DNA of 64,000 bases. It comes from the human T2T-CHM13v2.0 reference genome, Homo sapiens. This document shows positions 43,590-57,800 of this stretch, in pieces. The stretch lies in the NCBI RefSeq assembly GCF_009914755.1, contig NC_060933.1, one strand, 5' to 3'. The notes under the pieces were generated by a model. The model searched no databases, was not told where the DNA came from, and saw only the letters and a program-made list of their open reading frames with translations. A program made the position numbers and the translations under genes. Positions within the stretch are counted from its first letter, which is position 1; each line of letters opens with the position of its first letter.

Positions 43590-46500
43590 GAGTCAATCCG
43601 AATGTAATGGAATGGAATGCAACGGAATGGAATGGAATGGAATGGAATGGAATGGAATGGAATGCAAAGGAATGGAATCAACCCGAGTGGAATGGCATGG
43701 AATGGAATGCAATGGAATAGAATGGAATGGAATCAACTCGAATGGAAAGGAATGGAATGGAATGGAAAGGAATGGAATGAAATCTACTCGAGTGGAATGG
43801 AATGGAATGGATTGGAATGGATTGCAATGGAATGAAATGGAATATAATGGAATATAATCAATCATTCCGAGTGGAATGGAAGGGAATGTAATGGAGTGGA
43901 AAGAAGGGAATGGAATCAACCCGATTGGAATGCAAGGCAATGGAATGGAATGGAAAGGAATGGAATGGAATCAACTCGATTGCAATGGAATGGAATGGAA
44001 TGGAATGGAATGGAATGGAATGGAATTAACCGGAATAGAATGGAATGCAATGGAATGGAACGGAATGGAATGGAATAGAAGGTAATGGAATCAACACGAG
44101 TGCAGGGGAATGGAATGGAATGGAATGCAATGGAATGGAATCATCCGGAATGGAATGGAATGGAATGGAATCAACTCCATTGCAATGGAATGGAATGGAA
44201 TGGAATGGAATAGAATGGAATGGAATTAACCCGAATAGAATGGAATGCAATAGAATGGAATGGAACGGAACCGAATGGAGTGGAATGGAATGGAATGGAA
44301 TCAACCTGAGTGCAGGGGAATGGAATGGAATGGAATGGAATGCAATGGAATGGAATCATCCGGAATGGAATGGAATGGAATGGAATGGAATCAAACCGAG
44401 TGCAGTGGAATGGAGTGAAATGGAATGGAATGGAATGGAAACAACCAGAATGGATTGGAATATAATGGAGTGTAAGGGAATTGAATAGAATCAAAATGAA
44501 TGTAATGAAATGGAATGGAACGGAATGAAATGGAATGGAATGGAATGGAATGGAATGGAATGGAATGGAATCAACCCGAGTGGAATGGCATGGAGTGGAA
44601 TGCAATGGAATGGAATGGAATGGAATGGAATGGTTCGGAATAGAATGGATTGGAACAAAATGGAATGGAATGGAATGGAATGGAATGGAATCAAGTCGAT
44701 TGCAGTGGAATAGAATGGAATGGAATGGAACGGATTGGAATGGAATGGAATGGAATGGAATGGAATTAAATGGAATGGAAAGGAATGGAATCAACCAGAG
44801 TGGAATGGAAGGGAATGGAATGGAATGGAAACTAATAGAATGGAATCAACCCGAGTGGAATGGAATGAAAAGGACTGGAATGGAATGGAATGGAATGGAA
44901 TGGAATGGAATGGAATCAACTCGATTGTAATGGAATGGAATGGAATGGAATGGAATGGAATTAACCTGAATACAATGGAATGGAATGGAATGGAACGGAA
45001 TGGAGTGGAATGGAATGGAATCAACCCGAGCGCAGGGGAATGGAATGGAAGGGAATGCAATGGAATGGAATCATCCGGAATGGAATGGAATGGAATGGAA
45101 TGCAAAGCAATGGAATCAACTCGATTGCAATGGAATGGAATGGAATGGAAAGGAATACATTGGAATCAACCCGAGTGGAATGGAATGGAAAGGACTGGAA
45201 TGGAGTGGAATGGAATGGAATGGAATCAACTCGATTGGAATGGAATGGAATGGAATGGAATGGAATGGAATGGAATTAACCCGAATAGAATGGAATGGAA
45301 TGGAATGGAATGGAATGGAATGGAATCAACGCGAGTGCAGGGGAATGGAATGGAATGGAATGGAATGGAATGGAATCTTCCGGAATGGAATGGAATGAAA
45401 TGGAATGGAATGAAAGGCAATGGATTCAACTCGATTGCAATGCAATGGAATAGAATGGAAGGGAATGGAATGGAATGGAATGGAATTGAATGGAATGGAA
45501 TGCCTTCAAACCGAATGGAATGGAAAGGAATGGAATCAACACGAGTGGAAAGGAATGGAATGGAAAGGAATGGAATGGAATGGAATGGTACCGAATAGAA
45601 CGGAATGGAACGAACTGGAATGGAATGGAATGGATTGGAATGGAATGGAATGGAATGGAATGGAATCGTTCCGAGTGGAATAGGAGGGAATGTATTCGAG
45701 TGGAATGGAAAGGAATGGAATCAACCAGAGTGGAATGGAAGGGAATGGAATGGAATGGAAACTAATAGAATGGAATCAACCCGAGTGGAATGGAATGGAA
45801 AGGAATGGAATGGAATGGAATGGAATGGAATGGAATGGAATGGAATCAACTCGATTGTAATGGAATGGAATGGAATGGAATGGAATGGAATTGAATGGAG
45901 TGGAATGGAATGGAATTAACCCGAATACAATGGAATGGAATGGAATGGAACGGAATGGAGTGGAATGGAATGGAATCAACCCGAGTGTAATGGAATGGAA
46001 AGGACTGGAATGGAGTGGAATGGAATGGAATGCAATGGAATGGAATCAACTCGATTGGAATGGAATGGAATGGAATGCAATGCAATGGAATGGAATCTTC
46101 CGGAATGGAATGGAATGGAATGGAATGGAATGGAATAAACCCGAGTGCAATGGAATGGAGTGGAATGGAATGGAATGGTATGGAACAACCCGAATGGAAT
46201 GGAATGTAATGGAGAGTAAGGGAGTTGAATAGAATCAATCCGAATGGAATGGAATGGAATGGAACGGTATGGAATTGAATGGAATGGAATGGAATGCAAT
46301 GGAATGGAATCAACCCGAGTGCAATGGAATGGAGAGGAATGGAATGGAATGGAATGGAAACTACCCGAATGGAATGGAATGTAATGGAGTGTAAGGGAAT
46401 TGAATAGAATCAATCCGAATGTAATGGAATGGAATGGAACGGAATGGAATGGAATGGAATGGAATGGAATGGAATGGAATGGAATACAATGGAATGGAAT

Positions 46501-49500
46501 CAACCCGAGTGCAATCGAATGGAATCGAATTGAATGGAATGCAATGGAATGGATTCAACTTGAATGGAATGGAAAGAATGGAATCAACACGAGTGGAAGG
46601 GCATGGATTGGAATGCAATGGAATGGAAACAACCCGAGTACAGGGGAATTAAATGGAATGGAATGCAATGGAATGGAATCATCCCTAATGGAATGGAAAG
46701 GAATGGAATGGAATGGAATGGAATGGAATGGAATGAAATGGAATGGAATCAACACGATTGCAATCGAATGGAATGGAATGGAATTAACCCGAATAGAATG
46801 GAATGGAATGGAATGGAACGGAACGGAATGGAATGGAATGGAATGGAATGGAACGGAACGGAACGGAACGGAATGGAATGGAATGGAATGGAATGGAATG
46901 GAATGGAATGGAATCAACGCGAGTGCAGGGCAATGGAATGGAATGGAATGCAATGGAATGGAATCTTCCGGAATGGAATGGAATAGAATGGAATGGAATG
47001 GAATGGAATGGAATCAACCCGAGTACAGGGGAATGGAATGGAAGGTAATGCAATGGAAAGGAATCATCCGTAATGGAATGGAAAGGAATGGAATGGAATG
47101 GAATGGAATGGAATGGAATCAACTCGATTGCAATCGAATGGAATGGAATCGAATTAACCCGAATAGAATGGAATGGAATGGAATGGAACGGAACGGAACG
47201 GAACGGAATGGAATGGAATGGAATGGAATCGAATGGAATGGAACGGAAAGGAATGGAATGGAATGGAATGGAATGGAATGGAATGGAATGGAATCAACGC
47301 GAGTGCAGGGGAATGGAATGGAATGGAATGCAATGGAATGGAATCTTCCGGAATGGAATGGAATGGAATGGAATGGAATGGAATGGAATAAACCCGAGTG
47401 CAATGGAATGGAGTGGAATGGAATGGAATGGAATGGAACAACCCGAATGGAATGGAATGTAATGGAGAGTAAGGGAGTTGAATAGAGTCAATCCGAATGT
47501 AATGGAATGGAATGGAACGGAATGGAATTGAATGGAATGGAATGGAATGCAATGGAATGGAATCAACCCGAGTGCAATAGAATGGAGAGGAATGGAATGG
47601 AATGGAATGGAAACTACCCGAATGGAACGGAATGTAATGGAGTGTAAGGGAATTGAATAGAATCAATCCGAATGTAATGGAATGGAATGGAACGGAATGG
47701 AATGGAATGGAATGGAATGGAATGGAATGGAATGGAATGCAATGGAATGGAATCAACCCGAGTGCAGTCGAATGGAATCGAATGGAAAGGAATACAATGG
47801 AATGGATTCAACTTGAATGGAATGGAAAGAATGGAATCAACACGAGTGGAAGGGCATGGATTGGAATGCAATGGAATGGAATCAACCCGAGTACAGGGGA
47901 ATGGAATGGAATGGAATGCAATGGAATGGAATCATCCGTAATGGAATGGAAAGGAATGGAATGGAATGGAATGGAATCAACACGATTGCAATCGAATGGA
48001 ATGGAATGGAATTAACCCAAATAGAATGGAATGGAATGGAATGAAACGGAATGGAATGGAATGGAATGGAATGGAATGTAATGGAATGGAATGGAACGGA
48101 ACAGAAAGGAATGGAATGGAATGGAATGGAATGGAATGGAATGGAATGGAATGGAATGGAATCAACGCGAGTGCAGGGGAATGGCATGGATTGGAATGCA
48201 ATGGAATGGAATCTTCCGGAATGGAATGGAATGGAATGGAATGAAATGCAATGGATTCAACTCGATTGCAATGGAATGGAATAGAATGGAATGGAATGGA
48301 ATGGAATGGGATTAACCCGAATAGAATGCAATGGAATGGAATGGAACGGAGTGGAACGGAATGGAATGGAATGGAATGGAATGCAAAGCAATGGAATCAA
48401 CTCGATTGCAATGGAATGGAATGGAATGGAAAGGAATACATTGGAATCAACCCGAGTGGAATGGAATGGAAAGGACTGGAATGGAGTGGAATGGAATGGA
48501 ATGGAATCAACTCGATTGGAATGGAATGGAATGGAATGGAATGGAATGGAATTAACCCGAATAGAATGGAATGGAATGGAATGGAATGGAATCAACGCGA
48601 GTGCAGGGGAATGGAATGGAATGGAATGTAATGGAATGGAATCTTCCGGAATGGAATGGAATGGAATGGAATGGAATGAAAGGCAATGGATTCAACTCGA
48701 TTGCAATGCAATGGAATAGAATGGAAGGGAATGGAATGGAATGGAATGGAATTGAATGGAATGGAATGCCTTCAAACCGAATGGAATGGAAAGGAATGGA
48801 ATCAACACGAGTGGAAAGGAATGGAATGGAAAGGAATGGAATGGAATGGAATGGTACCGAATAGAACGGAATGGAACGAACTGGAATGGAATGGAATGGA
48901 CTGGAATGGAATGGAATGGAATGGAAAGGAATCGTTCCGAGTGGAATAGGAGGGAATGTATTCGAGTGGAATGGAAAGGAATGGAATCAACCAGAGTGGA
49001 ATGAAAGGGAATGGAATGGAATGGAAACTAATAGAATGGAATCAACCCGAGTGGAATGGAATGGAAAGGACTGGAATGGAATGGAATGGAATGGAATGGA
49101 ATGGAATGGAATCAACTCGATTGTAATGGAATGGAATGGAATGGAATGGAATGGAATGGAATGGAATGGAATGGAATTAACCCGAATACAATGGAATGGA
49201 ATGGAATGGAACGGAATGGAGTGGAATGGAATGGAATCAACCTGAGTGTAATGGAATGGAAAGGACTGGAATGGAGTGGAATGGAATGGAATGCAATGGA
49301 ATGGAATCAACTCGATTGGAATGGAATGGAATGGAATGGAATGCAATGGAATGGAATCTTCCGGAATGGAATGGAATGGAATGGAATGGAATGGAATGGA
49401 ATGGGATTAACCCGAATAGAATGCAATGGAATGGAATGGAACGGAGTGGAACGGAATGGAATGGAATGGAATGGAATGCAAAGCAATGGAATCAACTCGA

Positions 49501-52500
49501 TTGCAATGGAATGGAATGGAATGGAAAGGAATACATTGGAATCAACCCGAGTGGAATGGAATGGAAAGGACTGGAATGGAGTGGAATGGAATGGAATGGA
49601 ATCAACTCGATTGGAATGGAATGGAATGGAATGGAATGGAATGGAATTAACCCGAATAGAATGGAATGGAATGGAATGGAATGGAATCAACGCGAGTGCA
49701 GGGGAATGGAATGGAATGGAATGTAATGGAATGGAATCTTCCGGAATGGAATGGAATGGAATGGAATGGAATGAAAGGCAATGGATTCAACTCGATTGCA
49801 ATGCAATGGAATAGAATGGAAGGGAATGGAATGGAATGGAATGGAATTGAATGGAATGGAATGCCTTCAAACCGAATGGAATGGAAAGGAATGGAATCAA
49901 CACGAGTGGAAAGGAATGGAATGGAAAGGAATGGAATGGAATGGAATGGTACCGAATAGAACGGAATGGAACGAACTGGAATGGAATGGAATGGATTGGA
50001 ATGGAATGGAATGGAATGGAAAGGAATCGTTCCGAGTGGAATAGGAGGGAATGTATTCGAGTGGAATGGAAAGGAATGGAATCAACCAGAGTGGAATGAA
50101 AGGGAATGGAATGGAATGGAAACTAATAGAATGGAATCAACCCGAGTGGAATGGAATGGAAAGGACTGGAATGGAATGGAATGGAATGGAATGGAATGGA
50201 ATGGAATCAACTCGATTGTAATGGAATGGAATGGAATGGAATGGAATGGAATGGAATGGAATGGAATTAACCCGAATACAATGGAATGGAATGGAATGGA
50301 ACGGAATGGAGTGGAATGGAATGGAATCAACCCGAGTGTAATGGAATGGAAAGGACTGGAATGGAGTGGAATGGAATGGAATGCAATGGAATGGAATCAA
50401 CTCGATTGGAATGGAATGGAATGGAATGGAATGCAATGGAATGGAATCTTCCGGAATGGAATGGAATGGAATGGAATGGAATGGAATGGAATAAACCCGA
50501 GTGCAATGGAATGGAGTGGAATGGAATGGAATGGTATGGAACAACCCGAATGGAATGGAATGTAATGGAGAGTAAGGGAGTTGAATAGAATCAATCCGAA
50601 TGGAATGGAATGGAATGGAACGGAATGGAATTGAATGGAATGGAATGGAATGCAATGGAATGGAATCAACCCGAGTGCAATGGAATGGAGAGGAATGGAA
50701 TGGAATGGAATGGAAACTACCCGAATGGAATGGAATGTAATGGAGTGTAAGGGAATTGAATAGAATCAATCCGAATGTAATGGAATGGAATGGAACGGAA
50801 TGGAATGCAATGGAATGGAATGGGATGGAATGGAATGCAATGGAATGGAATCAACCCGAGTGCAATCGAATGGAATCGAATTGAATGGAATGCAATGGAA
50901 TGGATTCAACTTGAATGGAATGGAAAGAATGGAATCAACACGAGTGGAAGGGCATGGATTGGAATGCAATGGAATGGAAACAACCCGAGTACAGGGGAAT
51001 GGAATGGAATGGAATGCAATGGAATGGAATCATCCGTAATGGAATGGAAAGGAATGGAATGGAATGGAATGGAATGGAATGGAATGGAATGGAATCAACA
51101 CGATTGCAATCGAATGGAATGGAATGGAATTAACCCGAATAGAATGGAATGGAATGGAATGGAACGGAACGGAATGGAATGGAATGGAATGGAACGGAAC
51201 GGAATGGAATGGAATGGAATGGAATGGAATGGAATGGAATCAACGCGAGTGCAGGGGAATGGAATGGAATGGAATGCAACGGAATGGAATCTTCCGGAAT
51301 GGAATGGAATAGAATGGAATGGAATGGAATGGAATGGAATCAACCCGAGTACAGGGGAATGGAATGGAAGGTAATGCAATGGAATGGAATCATCCGTAAT
51401 GGAATGGAAAGGAATGGAATGGAATGGAATGGAATGGTAGGGAATAGAATGGAATGGAACGAATTGTAATGGAATGGAATTGAATGGAATGGAATGGAAT
51501 GGAATGGAATCAACGCGAGTGCAGGGGAATGTAATGGAACGGAATGCAATGGAATGGAATCATCCGGAATGGAATGGAATGGAATGGAATGGAATGGAAT
51601 GGAATCAACCCGAGTGCAATGGAATGGAGTGGAATCGAATGGAATGGAATGGAACAACCCGAATGGAATGGAATGTAATGGAGAGTAAGGGAGTTGAATG
51701 GAATCAATCGGAATGTAATGGAATGGAATGCAACGGAATGGAATGGAATGGAATGGAATGGAATGGAATGCAAAGGAATGGAATCAACCCGAGTGGAATG
51801 GCATGGAATGGAATGCAATGGAATGGAATGGAATGGAATCAACTCGAATGGAAAGGAATTGAATGGAATGGAAAGGAATGGAATGAAATCAACTCGAGTG
51901 GAATGGAATGGAATGGATTGGAATGGATTGCAATGGAATGAAATGGAATGGAATGGAATATAATCAATCATTCCGAGTGGAATGGAAGGGAATGTAATGG
52001 AGTGGAAGGAAGGGAATGGAATCAACCCGATTGGAATGCAAGGCAATGGAATGGAATGGAAAGGAATGGAATGGAATCAACTCGATTGCAATGGAATGGA
52101 ATGGAATGGAATGGAATGGAATGGAATGGAATTAACCGGAATAGAATGGAATGCAATGGAATGGAACGGAATGGAATGGAATAGAAGGTAATGGAATCAA
52201 CACGAGTGCAGGGGAATGGAATGGAATGGAATGCAATGGAATGGAATCATCCGGAATGGAATGGAATGGAATGGAATCAACTCCATTGCAATGGAATAGA
52301 ATGGAATGGAATGGAATAGAATGGAATGGAATTAACCCGAATAGAATGGAATGCAATAGAATGGAATGGAACGGAACCGAATGGAGTGGAATGGAATGGA
52401 ATGGAATCAACCTGAGTGCAGGGGAATGGAATGGAATGGAATGCAATGGAATGGAATCATCCGGAATGGAATGGAATGGAATGGAATGGAATCAAACCGA

Positions 52501-54880
52501 GTGCAATGGAATGGAGTGAAATGGAATGGAATGGAATGGAAACAACCAGAATGGATTGGAATATAATGGAGTGTAAGGGAATTGAATAGAATCAAAATGT
52601 ATGTAATGAAATGTAATCGAACGGAATGGAATGGAATGGAATGGAATGGAATGGAATGGAATGGAATGGAATCAACCCGAGTGGAATGGCATGGAATGGA
52701 ATGCAATGGAATGGAATGGAATGGAATGGAATGGTTCGGAATAGAATGGATTGGAACAAAATGGAATGGAATGGAATGGAATGGAATGGAATGGAATAGA
52801 ATGGAATGGAATGGAATCAAGTCGATTGCAGTGGAATAGAATGGAATGGAATGGAACGGATTGGAATGGAATGGAATGGAATGGAATGGAATTAAATGGA
52901 ATGGAAAGGAATGGAATCAACCAGAGTGGAATGGAAGGGAATGGAATGGAATGGAAACTAATAGAATAGAATCAACCCGAGTGGAATGGAATGGAAAGGA
53001 CTGGAATGGAATGGAATGGAATGGAATGGAATGGAATCAACTCGATTGTAATGGAATGGAATGGAATGGAATGGAATGGAATTAACCTGAATACAATGGA
53101 ATGGAATGGAATGGAACGGAATGGAGTGGAATGGAATGGAATCAACCCGAGTGCAGGGGAATGGAATGGAATGGAATGCAATGGAATGGAATCATCCGGA
53201 ATGGAATGGAATGGAATGGAATGCAAAGCAATGGAATCAACTCGATTGCAATGGAATGGAATGGAATGGAAAGGAATACATTGGAATCAACCCGAGTGGA
53301 ATGGAATGGAAAGGACTGGAATGGAGTGGAATGGAATGGAATGGAATCAACTCGATTGGAATGGAATGGAATGGAATGGAATGGAATGGAATGGAATTAA
53401 CCCGAATAGAATGGAATGGAATGGAATGGAATGGAATCAACGCGAGTGCAGGGGAATGGAATGGAATGGAATGTAATGGAATGGAATCTTCCGGAATGGA
53501 ATGGAATGGAATGGAATGGAATGAAAGGCAATGGATTCAACTCGATTGCAATGCAATGGAATAGAATGGAAGGGAATGGAATGGAATGGAATGGAATTGA
53601 ATGGAATGGAATGCCTTCAAACCGAATGGAATGGAAAGGAATGGAATCAACACGAGTGGAAAGGAATGGAATGGAAAGGAATGGAATGGAATGGAATGGT
53701 ACCGAATAGAACGGAATGGAACGAACTGGAATGGAATGGAATGGATTGGAATGGAATGGAATGGAATGGAATGGAATCGTTCCGAGTGGAATAGGAGGGA
53801 ATGTATTCGAGTGGAATGGAAAGGAATGGAATCAACCAGAGTGGAATGGAAGGGAATGGAATGGAATGGAAACTAATAGAATGGAATCAACCCGAGTGGA
53901 ATGGAATGGAAAGGACTGGAATGGAATGGAATGGAGTGGAATGGAATGGAATGGAATGGAATGGAATCAACTCGATTGTAATGGAATGGAATGGAATGGA
54001 ATGGAATGGAATGGAATGGAATGGAATGGAATGGAAAGGAATTAACCCGAATACAATGGAATGGAATGGAATGGAACGGAATGGAGTGGAATGGAATGGA
54101 ATCAACCCGAGTGTAATGGAATGGAAAGGACTGGAATGGAGTGGAATGGAATGGAATGCAATGGAATGGAATCAACTCGATTGGAATGGAATGGAATGGA
54201 ATGGAATGCAATGGAATGGAATCTTTCGGAATGGAATGGAATGGAATGGAATGGAATGGAATGGAATAAACCCGAGTGCAATGGAATGGAGTGGAATGGA
54301 ATGGAATGGTATGGAACAACCCGAATGGAATGGAATGTAATGGAGTGTAAGGGAATTGAATAGAATCAATCCGAATGGAATGGAATGGAATGGAACGGAA
54401 TGGAATGGAATGGAATGGAATGGAATGGAATGGAATGGAATGGAATGCAATGGAATGGAATCAACCCGAGTGCAATCGAATGGAATCGAATGGAATGGAA
54501 TGCAATGGAATGGAATCATCCGTAATCGAATGGAAAGGAATGGAATGGAATGGAATGGAATGGAATGGAATGGAATGGAATGGAATGGAATCAACACGAT
54601 TGCAATCGAATGGAATGGAATGGAATTAACCCGAATAGAATGGAATGGAATGGAATGGAACGGAACGGAATGGAATGGAATGGAATGGAATGGAATGGAA
54701 CGGAATGGAATGGAATGGAATGGAATCAACGCGAGTGCAGGGGAATGGAATGGAATGGAATGCAATGGAATGGAATCTTCCGGAATGGAATGGAATAGAA
54801 TGGAATGGAATGGAATGGAATGGAATCAACCCGAGTACAGGGGAATGGAATGGAAGGTAATGCAATGGAATGGAATCATC
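43590..54880 (+). repeat. ~8.1-kb-offset duplication (43590-47090 vs 51700-54880) with internal partial copies
   Basis: AATATAATCAATCATTCC 43851/51957, TGGTTCGGAATAGAATGGATTGGAACAAAA 44631/52732, AAGTCGATTGCAGTGG 44693/52819, GGTACC 45587/53698. An internal copy lies at offset ~4.35 kb (GAAACAACCCGAGTAC 46626/50977). Confidence 0.82.
48290..50480 (+). repeat. Recent 1095-bp tandem duplication
   Basis: ATGGGATTAACCCGAATAGAATGC 48306/49401 and GGTACC 48853/49948. Identical translated ORFs start at 48571/49666 and 48686/49781. Confidence 0.92.
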
Positions 54881-57800
54881 CGTAATGGAATAGAAAGGAA
54901 TGGAATGGAACGGAATGGAATGGAATGGAACGGAATGGAATGGAATCAACGCGAGTGCAGGGGAATGGAATGGAATGGAATGCAATGGAATTGAATCTTC
55001 CGGAATGGAATGGAATGGAATGAAATGGACTCAACTCGATTGCAATGGAATGGAATAGAATGGAATGGAATGGAATGGAATGGAATTAACCCGAATAAAA
55101 TGGAATGGATTGGGATGGAACGGAACGGAACGGAATGGAATGGAATGGAATGGAATGGAATGGAATGGTATGGAATGGAATGGAATGGTACGGAATAGAA
55201 TGGAATGGAAAGAATTGGAATGGAATGGAATCGAATGGAATGGAATGGAATGGAATGGAATCAACCCGAGTGCAGGGGAATGTAATGGAACGGAATGTAA
55301 TCGAATGGAATCATCCGGAATGGAATGGAATGGAATGGAATGGAATGGAATGGAATGGAACCAACTCGATTGTGATGGAATGGAATGGATTGGAATGGAA
55401 TGGAATGGAATTAACCCGAATACAATGCAATGGAATGGAATGGAACGGAATGGAGTGGAATGGAATGGAATCAACCCGAGTGCAGGGGAATGGAATGGAA
55501 TGGAATGCAATGGAATGGAATCATCCGGAATGGAATGGAAAGGAATGGAATGGAATGGAATGGAATGAACTCGATTGCAATCGAATGGAATGGAATGGAA
55601 TTAACCCGAATAGAATGGAATGGAATGGAATGGAACGGAACGGAATGGAATGGAATGGAATGGAATGGAATGGAACGGAACGGAATGGAATGGAATGGAA
55701 TGGAATGGAATGGAATGGAATCAACGCGAGTGCAGGGGAATGGAATGGAATGGAATGCAATGGAATGGAATCTTCCGGAATGAAATGGAATGGAATGGAA
55801 TGGAATGGAATGGAATGGAATCAACTCGATTGCAATCGAATGGAATGGAATGGAATTAACTCGAATAGAATGGAATGGAATGGAATGGAACGGAACGTAA
55901 TGGAATGGAATGGAATGGAACGGAACGGAATGGAATGGAATGGAATTTAATGGATCGGAACGGAATGGAATGGAATGGAATGGAATGGAATGGAATGGAA
56001 TCAACGCGAGTGCAGGAGAATGGAATGGAATGGAATGAAATGGAATGGAATCTTCCGGAATGGAATGGAATGGAATGGAATGGAATGAAATGCAATGGGT
56101 TCAACTCGATTGCAATGGAATGGAATAGAATGGAATGGAATGGAATGGAATGGAATTAATTCGAATAGAATGGAATGGAATGGAATGGAACGGAATGGAA
56201 CGGAATGGAATGGAATGGAATGGTATGGAATGGAATGGAATGGTACGGAATAGAATGGAATGGAACGAATTGTAATGCAATGGAATTGAATGGAATGGAA
56301 TGGAATGGAATGGAATCAAGGCGAGTTTAGGGGAATGTAATGGAACGGAATGCAATGGAATGGAATCATCCGGAATGGAATGGAATGGAATGGAATGGAA
56401 TGGAATGGAATCAACCCGAGTGCAATGGAATGGAGTGGAATGGAATGGAATGGAATGGAACAACCCGAATGGAATGGAATGTAATGGAGAGTAAGGGAGT
56501 TGAATAGAATCAATCCGAAAGTAATGGAATGGAATGCAACGGAATGGAATGGAATGGAATGGAATGGAATGGAATGGAATGGAATGCAATGGAATGGAAT
56601 CAACCCGAGTACAATGGAATGGAATGGAATGGAATGGAATGGAATGGAATGGAATGGAATGATACGGAATAGAATGGAATGGAACGAAATGGAATGGAAT
56701 GGAATGGAATGGAATGGAATGGAATCGTTCCGAGTGGAATAGGAGGGAATGTATTCGAGTGGAATAGAAAGGAATGGAATCAACCAGAGTGGAATGGAAG
56801 GGAATGGAATGGAATGGAAACTAATAGAATGGAATCAACCCGAGTGGAATGGAATGGAAAGGACTGGAATGGAATGGAATGGAATGGAATTGAATGGAAT
56901 GGAATCAACTCGATTGTAATGGAATGAAACGGAATGGAATGGAATGGAATGGAATGGAATTAACCCGAATAAAATGGAATGGAATGGAATGGAACGGAAT
57001 GGAGTGGAATGGAATGGAATCAACCCGAGTGCTGGGGAATGGAAAGGAATGGAATGCAATGGAATGGAATCATCCGGAAAGGAATGGAATGGAATGGAAT
57101 GCAAAGCAATGGAATCAACTCGATTGCAATGGAATGGAATGGAATGGAAAGGAATAGAATGGAATCAACCCGAGTGTAAAGTAATGGAAAGGACTGGAAT
57201 GGAGTGGAATGGAATGGAATGGAATGGAATGCAATCAACTCGATTGGAATGGAATGGAATGGAATGGAATGGAATGGAATTAACCCGAATAGAATAGCAT
57301 GGAATGGAATGGAACGGAATGGAATGGAATGGAATGGAAAGGAATGGAATGGAATGGAATCAACCCGACTGCAGGGGAATGGAATGGAATGGAATGGAAT
57401 GGAATGGAATCATCCGGAACGGAATGGAATGGAATGGAATGGAATCAACTCGATTGCAATGGAATGGAATGGAATGGAATGGAATCGAAAGGAATGGAAT
57501 GGAATCAACCGGAATAGAATGGAATGGAATGGAATGGAACGGAATGGAATGGAATGGAATGGAATGGAATGGAATGGAATGGAATCAACCCGAGTGCAGG
57601 GGAATGGAATGGAATGGAATGCAATGGAATGGAATCATCCGGAATGGAATGGAATGGAATGGAATGCAATCAACCTGATGCAATGGAATGGAGTGGAATG
57701 GAATGGAATGGAATGGAAACATCCAGAATGGAATGGAATGTAATGGAGTGTAAGGGAATTGAATAGAATCAATCCGAATGTAATGGAATGGAATGGAATT

